From an uncultured Methanomassiliicoccales archaeon (GTDB lineage Archaea > Thermoplasmatota > Thermoplasmata > Methanomassiliicoccales > UBA472): DNA of 64,000 nucleotides. This document shows, piece after piece, positions 55,665 to 64,000 of this stretch (position 1 is the stretch's first letter; each line of letters starts with the position of its first letter). A program made the position numbers and the translations under genes. The stretch is taken from assembly GCA_963755265.1 (NCBI GenBank), contig CAVWKV010000131.1, positions 14,986-78,985 of the forward strand. The letters run 5' to 3'. A model generated the notes under the pieces. It was not told the DNA's origin and searched no databases. It saw nothing but the letters and a program-made list of their open reading frames with translations.

Positions 55665-56825
55665 TCACTGGAAACTTATCAACAATCGCCCATCCTTGAA
55701 CTCTGCTTTCTTAGGTTCTTTGCTAATAAGGGTAAATGGCAAGGTGATGGAGCGCCTATATGCACCTACCTGGACCAAGAGCGTGTCCGCGGTCTTGTAG
55801 AGCTCTACGTTACTCTTCATTGTGAATGGTAGTTTGATCGAGATCATATCGACGCCATCCTCTTCGTAGATCTTCATCGGTCTCTCAACAGCAAAATGTG
55901 TTGCTGGATCTATATCCTTGAAAACCATCTCACCTAGTTGTTCCAATGACCTGATACCGACAAGCTCTACAGGTAGCTGATATGCTCTCAGGATCGTTAG
56001 CGGACTGAACGACTCCTCGATGAACTCCATATATTTTTTCTGCTCTTCTAGCTTCCCCTTGAAGTAATCATCGTTCGTATCTGGATATAATCTATTAACG
56101 ACCAGACATTCAACGGTCAACCCGTATAAACATAAGTAAGTGAAAGCTCTCTTGGTCTCGTTTATGACCATTTTCTCAGGGTTGACGACAAGACGGACCG
56201 ATGTTATCTCAGGGTCCGTTAAGATCTTTTGAACATCCCTCATTCGGTTAGCAAGACCCTCTATATCTTTTAGAAGTTCATTAGATGGGAGAGGCGTGTT
56301 CATGACCCTTCCAACGGTCATTCTTGCCAGCCTTAGCATGTTCTTCATTACACCATAAAGCCGATCCGAGTACCATTCGGAATTATCAGGGAACGAGAGC
56401 AGCCTAAGCGTCTCACCAGTAGGCGCCGTATCCATGACGACGACATCGTAGTTACCGCCCCTGTGGAACTCCTCTACATAGAACAGAGCTGACATCAGTT
56501 CCATTCCGGGCATCACGGCCATCTCTTTGGAAGTGATCCCATCCATGCCTTGTGACATTAGGAAATCAGAGATATATTTCTGAACTTCGCTCCATCTTGT
56601 CTCCAGCTCATGTAGGATATCTATCTCGATGACATCAAAATTCTTCTCGACGTGCTTTATATCCCCACCAGCCAGATCTATCTCTAGAGAATCGGCAACG
56701 GAGTGGGCAGCGTCGGTCGACATCAACAGCGTCCGATAACCCTTTCTAGCTGATCTCAAAGCTGTCGCGGTCGCTACAGAGGTCTTACCCACCCCACCTT
56801 TCCCAGTATAGATCAATATCCTCAA
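55665..56825 (-). CDS. ArsA/Get3 family ATPase with C-terminal alpha-crystallin-like domain
   Basis: GKGGVGKT, STDAAHS, DTAPTGETLRLL; beta-rich tail IKLPF...VQVGAYRRSITLP...AEFKDGRLLISF. Confidence 0.9.
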   Translation of the reverse strand: MRILIYTGKGGVGKTSVATATALRSARKGYRTLLMSTDAAHSVADSLEIDLAGGDIKHVEKNFDVIEIDILHELETRWSEVQKYISDFLMSQGMDGITSKEMAVMPGMELMSALFYVEEFHRGGNYDVVVMDTAPTGETLRLLSFPDNSEWYSDRLYGVMKNMLRLARMTVGRVMNTPLPSNELLKDIEGLANRMRDVQKILTDPEITSVRLVVNPEKMVINETKRAFTYLCLYGLTVECLVVNRLYPDTNDDYFKGKLEEQKKYMEFIEESFSPLTILRAYQLPVELVGIRSLEQLGEMVFKDIDPATHFAVERPMKIYEEDGVDMISIKLPFTMKSNVELYKTADTLLVQVGAYRRSITLPFTLISKEPKKAEFKDGRLLISFQ

Positions 56826-56980
56826 GCCGTCACCTTTCTGATGCTACAGCGGTCGATATACTTGAATAATGCGGGGAAAAGAGGGATGGCGATGACATCA
56901 GATGGTGCAATTTTCAAGGTGCGGTTTGAGCGCGCCTAACGGGCATCGCCCGTTCAGGCGCTTGGCTGTAAAAGTAAGGA

Positions 56981-57057
56981 TGGTGCCGGGAATGGGATTT
57001 GAACCCATGACCTACGGATTATGAGTCCGTCGCTCCGCCAGGCTGAGCCACCCCGGC
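56981..57057 (-). tRNA. tRNA-Met(CAT), probably elongator, intronless, CCA encoded
   Basis: GCCGGGG/TCCCGGC acceptor; ACGGA-CTCATAA-TCCGT anticodon arm; ends ACCA. Confidence 0.92.
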
Positions 57058-57067
57058 ATTTTCATCC

Positions 57068-57370
57068 TTATTGTTTCTCTTCTTCCTCTGATTCAGTGGA
57101 AGTTTCCTCATCTACCGACTCGCTCGGATCAGCACCATCTTCCTCGTTAGAGGTCTCGGGCACATCCGATGAAGATCCCGTAGTTGCTTCTGCAGTGACC
57201 TGTTCAGCAGACGGCTGAACAGCAACCTTCGCAGCAGCTTCAGCCGCGGCCTGCTCTTGTCCGAACCTCTCCTGTATGGAGGGTTCCTCTGCGGACGGTG
57301 TACCTGCCTGGAGCACCTCGGTCTTCCTTATCTCAATGCGCTTGATCGGTATGATCACTTTAGCGGCATT
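57068..57370 (-). CDS. rps3ae: 30S ribosomal protein S3Ae, 3' fragment only (cut by the fold-back)
   Basis: NAAKVIIPIKRIEIRKTEVL matches the S3Ae C-terminal motif, followed by an acidic tail. Confidence 0.7.
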   Translation of the reverse strand, partial: NAAKVIIPIKRIEIRKTEVLQAGTPSAEEPSIQERFGQEQAAAEAAAKVAVQPSAEQVTAEATTGSSSDVPETSNEEDGADPSESVDEETSTESEEEEKQ

Positions 57371-57371
57371 T

Positions 57372-60300
57372 GATAAGGAAGACCGAGGTGCTCAGGCATC
57401 CGCAGGGACCCGATTGTCGAGGTTCCAGACAAGCAGGCCGTGATTCTGCGAAGGTTGCTGCTGAGCCATTGTGTGGAGCGGGTCATTGCAGCCGATACAG
57501 GAGTCTTAATCAGCCCCAAGACGAGGAAGATGGTGCTGGTAGGGAAACTTCCACATCAGAGGAAGAAGAGGATACAGGTGGAAAATGCAGTAGTCTGGCG
57601 GAGCGACAAATATAATCCGTAGGTCATGGGTTGTCCAATTCCACAGCACATATTACTTACAGCCAGAGCCTGAACAACGCAACCATAGCACTGGACGGGC
57701 CTTAAAAATACACAGTATGATGTCATCGCCATCCCTCTTCCCCGCATTATTCTATGCACTAGCATCAGAAAGGTGACAGCGCTTTGATATAATTATACTA
57801 ATTGGTGGGGTGGTTGTATGGCGAGACCGCGAACAGCCTTGATCAACTAAAATGGCATGTGGACCGACATCTGCAGCTCCGTTGTCGATTCTGATGAGGA
57901 GAACCTGGCTGGGTGATATAAAGCACATAGGAGAAAGAATTTTGATGCTGATCAAGAGATACAACCTCTGCATGAGCTGAATAGAGACAAAGTCAAAATC
58001 TACTAATTTCCTGATATCCAGCAAGCAAGATGGATAAGAATAACTTCCGAAGATGTAGCCACAATCCAGAAAAGTGAACTGATGTCACTCTGTTCTATAA
58101 AGGACAGATAGTGATCTCAGTCATGGATACATATACTAATAAGTATAACTATTCATCCCCTTGATAATTCCAATGGTACTATCGATGTAATGAAGACATC
58201 TGCCACTCAGGACAAAGGTCATGGACACACCTCTCCATCTAAAAACTTTCTAAAGAATATCAAGAGTCTCTATGCTAACCGAATGAGGATGTTGAAAAGA
58301 CTTTAAGGACCTGCTGATAACATTGGTCTTATAGTCAACCCTCAAAAATGGTCATGACTCACTTATGTTTTATACATTGACTCTTAGTTAAATGCTGATA
58401 TCAATTATATCAGATCAAACAAGAATAGTCTTCAAGGGGAACTTAGAAGAACAGAATATACGAATTCAGTGAGAGATCAGTTGGTGCCACTGATTAGTAA
58501 GACATATCAGCTACCTGTGTAGAGCTTTACGTGGAACAACTAGGTTGTGGTTTTCTAAAGGAATTTGGGATAAATTCCACACAACAGCTAAAGTTGATGA
58601 AACACTGAGATAGCATTCAATAGATACATAGAAACTACAAGATTCACAATGGAAGCATAACAGTAGACCTCAAGACCACAGACACAGCTGGTCCAGGGTG
58701 GGCCTGGTGGCTTCTACCATTATTAGCAAAAACCTAAGAAGGATGAAGTGTCTGATAACTTTTCCCCAGTGAGCTAATAAAATGACAGAACAGCAAGAAA
58801 AAAAAAATGAAGATAAGCAATTCAAAAGGATATAGAGGAAGTACAGAAAAGAACGCAAGGACTAACTGTAAAGCAGTGCTTAACAAGGAGGTCAGCTCAT
58901 TCCAAGACAACAAGACTGAGATGCTCTTAGCAATAGATGCAATGCTTACCAAGGGAAAAGGTACAGCCCTAAGGTAGGACGTTGTCTGGCACTCAAAGAG
59001 GCCATGTTGAAACTTCATTTCAATAATGGCTCAGCTGATAAAATTAACAAGCAGCACATAAAAGCCTAGGAAGGTGGAAAACAAACTACAGTAGTAGAAT
59101 TACTAACTCTTACAAAGATACTCAGCAGCTGTCAGCATGCAGCAAAAGAGCCTCAACCACTAGCATCTCCTCTGCCTCAGGTAGTCAGAATAGTTCACAA
59201 TTCTCACAATATCGCTCAAAGATACATGGACCAGTTGTTTTAGAGACAATAATCATGTGTGATATGATTGAGGAAGAGAGATATGCGAAGTACATATCAT
59301 TCTCCTTAACATACCAACCACTGCTCTTATCAACCAGCAGCCTGAGGCCCAAACAGGGCAGCATAGCATCAGGAACACTATCCCTTGGGCCCAATAGTGG
59401 ACAAGAGGCTGGTCCGATCAATGGCACTCGGAGAGACATGTCTTCCTGAAACAACTTTCAACAATATAGCACTAAGTATACCAACCATTTAGTGATTCTC
59501 AAGCACATCTAGCGCTTCCAAACTTCCAAGATGTCATCAGGACAGCAAAGCAATGTCCTGGCAGATAGGTTGGCCTGCCTATAACAGGTATTTTGGTCAT
59601 AATTGCTTCGGCATCTGCATCACAACAGAATGGCCATAACTTTATCACACACAACCACAACATAAAGGTAGGCAGAAATCATAGGACCAATTAGTGCATA
59701 TATTCGTCCATGACCATATGCCTCGTTAGAACTAGCAGAATTCTGGAATGATGAACATGACAGCAGGTCAGCAGCATGAGGTGGCCGTGTGGAGCCTAGA
59801 CGATGGGGAAAGAGAGCACAACGCCGTTGATGTGCCCCCTTTACCAACATCACGTATTCGTAACACTTAGCAGCTATCCATCCATGCTCCTCCAGAGATA
59901 TATAGGATTCCCCAGAAGCCAGATACTCACTGACATACGGGCTTAGCAAGCAAGCTGTACCCTGCCCAACTGTACAGTTTGAGGGGAGCTGTATGTAGAA
60001 AATGCACTGAGTAAAAGTGTACAAAGTCTACACCAAAGGGAACTTCTGGGTTCACGGTGGCAGGCTCTGCCAGCTGCAGGGATGGCCTCAGTGTAACGGA
60101 CCATGTCATCCAGTCTTGTTCCTAGGTCTGGCACATAGGGGTGAGAAAAGTATAAGGCAGCATGGTTGAGGACCAGATGAGCACCAGAAGTCACTTTAAC
60201 AAGATACAAAGATCTCCAGTTTTCAGCAATAGCATTTCACAAAATCTACACAGAGGAAAGGCAGTACAAGGAGGGTAGAAAATAAATAGAAATAGTTTCA

Positions 60301-63300
60301 GGGAAGCTTGGCCCTGTGAACATTCCTCAAGAGATAGCAAGATAGTAACTCAGGAAGCTGTAAGACAAAAGTGAATATTTGGGGAAATCCTGATACTTCT
60401 GGTTCTGTGCACGTCCACATATATATCCCCAAGGGGGGACACTAATAGAGGATTTCAGAAACACACACTGCACAGGAGGAGGGTGGCACCCGTCTTGGAT
60501 ATCCTGATCAAAGCCACCATGATTGAATGATTCATAAGCTGGAAGAGAAAAAAAGCTCAGTAAACGCATAACAAGTAGAAGTCATCACTGGTCTGATATC
60601 AAGAGTCATAGCATTCCAGTATCTACAGCAAGCTTATAATTAACAAACAATGAGGAACTGAAGATTTTTGAGGACAAAAGCCTGTGGGAAAATCTGCTCG
60701 CCTGCATGTGGGAAGTAGGGGCCGGCTATTGAAAGGTGAGGAAAAGTGAGATGACCATCTAGTCATCGTCCTTCATCTGCAAGCCATCACATCAGGATTT
60801 GTGTGCATTTCAATATATGCCATATCTCATATACAAAAGAGGGTTTGGAACATAGTAAAAGGAACTAACTTTTCTTTGCATAATTAGCAAACCATCTTTT
60901 CTTCAATAAGGCTGAGTAAGCAGCACTTCCCAAGGTAATCCACCTCTAAGGACAACCTGATAGTCATAAGATCACCTTCATAGATAAAGTGGTAGAGTTC
61001 AGACCAGTTCCACGTACCTATAAGAAGAAAAGTAAGAAAAGTTTTAGTGCTCTGTCACACTTTCTGGAGCACCATGTCACCAATGCTCATGGCGTTGGCA
61101 AAGAGGGGTCATAGCTCCTGAGAGCTCTGAAGAGCAATATTTGAGGAGCCACTGAGATATTCTTAATAAAAGGAAAGATCGAGATGGCTATAACACAACC
61201 TCATGACAATGGTTGGGCAAGAGATAACCACCATAAAGATTAATAACCTACATAGATGTTAGTACAACATGTCAAAGGCAGTGGAACCATATTTCACCAT
61301 CAACCTCTACCACAGTGGGGGTGGTTAGAGGACAGAAACAAGTATGAGTCACAACATGGAGGAAGGGACATCTGTGTGCAATTGACATTCTAATTTGAAC
61401 TTCCCGACTGAGAAAGCTCCAGGTACATGTTATGGTGGATCTGGGCTTGTGTTCCTATGTGGGGCCCAACTCTGCCCAATTATCTTTCCAAACAGAGCAC
61501 ATCCTCGCAAGCGTTCCTGCAAAAAGGATGGCCCTATGGCCAAACATAATTACACTGGAACAGGGGCAAGGGTCATCTCTGTCATTCTCAATCACATCTA
61601 GAAGATGAGTAAGTGAAAAGCAGCATCATACACATCTGCCTTTCACAGTCCTGCACACTGTGGGCACGAGGGTGCAAGTGGAGTAAAATTATCATGCAGG
61701 TTGGCAGTAGTGGCAATGCACTGGCGGGGAGGAAAAGACTTTCTAGGTTCTAAGGACCACCCTTGACCATTTTTAAGGCAGTTCACAGTTAATATGGACC
61801 TTGCCGAGGAACAAGGATTATTCATTCTCAGAGATTGAGCAAGGTGCCAAGCATGAAGAATGAAGACTTTTGGACCCTCAGTTCCTTGCAAAGGCACTCA
61901 ATGTACCACAGGCAGAGGGAGGATGGACTTTCCCACAGCCCTTCACCAGAATACAAAGTGGTTGAACAGTGCTCAAGGACCTGGCCTTGATAGTTGTAAG
62001 CCGTAGCAGCTCAGTGCGCCAGTCTACTCAAAGAATCCATTGATTGGAAGATGGACTTTTTTATTAGACTAGGATAACAAGATACAATCATCCATGCTGA
62101 GCATTTTGCAGGCTGACCAGTACACAGACATGGGATCCCTGAGAAGTGTAGGGTCCTTGCTCTGAGGGACGTAGAAAAGTCTTCTTGACTACATGACAGT
62201 GCTTAAGTTGAGCACATGTCATGGGATATGCATATCCTTGGGTCTCAATAGCTGTAACTATATTGAAGATTTCCTGGGCATTTTGTCTATGCAGTATCTA
62301 CTACACCGTGTTCTGAACTGTTATAGCACACTTATTTGGTAACGTCTTCCCTCCCCATGATCAAAGGACTTTTGGCAGCAGAAGTTGAAGAGAGGAATGG
62401 CTTAATGATACTGATCGTTTGGACACACCCCACAAAGTGTGCCTTTGTCTAAGGTTCCACCTCCCCCTGTCCTCGTCCATGAGCCCTGTGTGACTCACAC
62501 AATTTAATGCTAGGTGCAGTGGGAGGTTCAGGTGTGGTGCACCTGCAGAAACCTCACCGTTCTGATATCAGGCAATAAATCCATCCTATTAATAGATAGA
62601 GCTAAAGGCAAACAGGGTATAAGGAGGTGCTTGATGGGTATGACCCACACATAGATCTTCAACACAGATTATATGACAAGATGAAGTGAGTGAGACAAGG
62701 ATAACCACACAATTCAAGTTAGTGGGGATAATGGTCCCATTTGGCCTTTCTAGGAGATTTTGGACATAGGCGACTCCATCAATGGGTAAGAAGTCAAGAC
62801 AGCAACATGCACATGGAAGAATGTGGCAAAGCATCAGTACAACTTGGCTAATGTGCTTCCTGCTGTCAATATCTGAAAGACCACCAAAGCTAGGTCCTAT
62901 TCTCTTGGGCTAAGAAGCATAATATGGTCAGTATGATGAATAACAACAGGCCCAGAGAGCACTACAGTAGTAGCAATAGCATAGCAACAGAGGTACCCAG
63001 TTAAAAGAGCCCTATCAACATCATCACCCAGAACAGCCTGCTGAGTGACAATACTCAATTCTAATATAACTATCTCAGAGGTATGGCCAAGTTGGCAACA
63101 TGCAGGGAAGGATATAACATATAAGGGGACATTTAGGTGTTACGAGTAGTGTTGGGTACCAGAAACAAGTAATCCTGGCTAAAATATCTCAACCTATTTG
63201 TTCATCATCATCTGGTCATAATTCTACACTGGTCATGGGCACAGAGAATGTGGTAGAACAAGCTTCCACCAAAGTTAGGTTGGAGGAGTAGGCATCCTCA

Positions 63301-64000
63301 TCAACAGATATTGTAATAATCATACTTAATTATCATCAGAATGAACTCAAACTCTGTCCGTGTGTGAAGCAATATTTGGGGAACAATGGGGGTTCCCAAT
63401 GTCAACATATTCCCTTGTTATAATGAGTCAGGAACAGGTACCTCCTGTGGGGTAATTAGCTGTGGGTTCCATCGGTAAGGTCTATGCATCAGGTAACATT
63501 TTCTTCCTACTGTAGCATGTGTGAGGTTTGTATTCTAATGGACGGCGAATTCATAAGAGGACTGTGGTAAACATACCAGGAAGATGAGAATTACCAAGAT
63601 GACAAAGGACAGCTTTACATCTTTATGCATGCACAAACACAGCTAGCTAATTGCACATCCCTGTTCGAGTGAGTTGTACTTCTCTAATTCTGTGATTGCA
63701 TTCATAATAAACAAAACAAGAATCTCTGAGTGTAAGAGGAAGAAACTCCAGGAACCTCCTTACAAATGAAAACATTGCATTACAAGAACAGCAGAAATAG
63801 CAGTGCCAGATCTGTGGGAGGCCATATGCACTGGTTATGCTGAAAGAATGGGCATCAAAAAGAAGTTTTCATGAAAGAACAGGTATGTAGAAAAGAACAT
63901 TCATTTATGCCAAGCAGAAGCGCTAGTTGAGGGACGAGGGGTAGCTAAACATTTAACCCTATCATTGGTAAGCATATACTCTCATGATCATGGTCAAAAA
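57372..64000. repeat. Degraded inverted copy of ~57332 to ~50040 (probable long-read fold-back artefact)
   Basis: 57372-57393 is the exact reverse complement of 57311-57332. Decayed copies of tRNA-Met (~57590), arsA (~57770), L37e (~62765) and purF (~63870) follow in mirror order. Confidence 0.93.

Noticed and set aside
55665-56825. Arsenite resistance ATPase
   Set aside because: Single ATPase domain, no evident metalloid-binding Cys cluster, and no arsB/acr3/arsD/arsC neighbours.
57585-57650. Second tRNA-Met-like sequence or att site
   Set aside because: It is the mirror copy of tRNA 56981-57057, with broken stems.
57372-64000. Eukaryotic-like, CpG-poor noncoding DNA, novel island or RIP-like mutated repeat
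   Set aside because: It maps colinearly as an indel-rich reverse complement of the preceding genes, which fits a fold-back read.

Overview
Chromosomal DNA from a Thermoplasmata-type archaeon, most likely Methanomassiliicoccales. Support: Hef helicase without nuclease, ATP-dependent ligase, Rpo11, TruD, ArcS, pyrBI, lsm-L37e-purF, S3Ae and an intron-containing tRNA. The window has four parts. (1) 1-34.6 kb: higher-GC core genes, including amtB-glnK, a ~1466-aa TPR/B-box protein, a TusA/DsrE2/DsrH/DsrE/DsrF sulfur-relay operon beside arcS, and a tandem pair of ~90-aa TBP-half-like genes; a small accessory block follows tRNA-Gly. (2) 34.7-49.4 kb: accessory region with an FG-GAP surface protein and a duplicated three-gene two-component module built from shuffled PAS cassettes, ending at tRNA-Ala. 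(3) 49.4-57.4 kb: lower-GC housekeeping genes with many frameshifts, including a Get3/ArsA ATPase with an alpha-crystallin tail and a partner gene. (4) 57.37-64 kb: a degraded reverse-complement copy of ~57.33-50.04 kb, folding inside rps3ae, almost certainly a long-read fold-back artefact. Many split genes look like homopolymer indel errors, and the contig may be chimeric. Best biological leads: the TBP-half-like pair, the Get3-ACD/IxI-partner pair, the Tus/Dsr relay next to arcS, and the duplicated kinase module.
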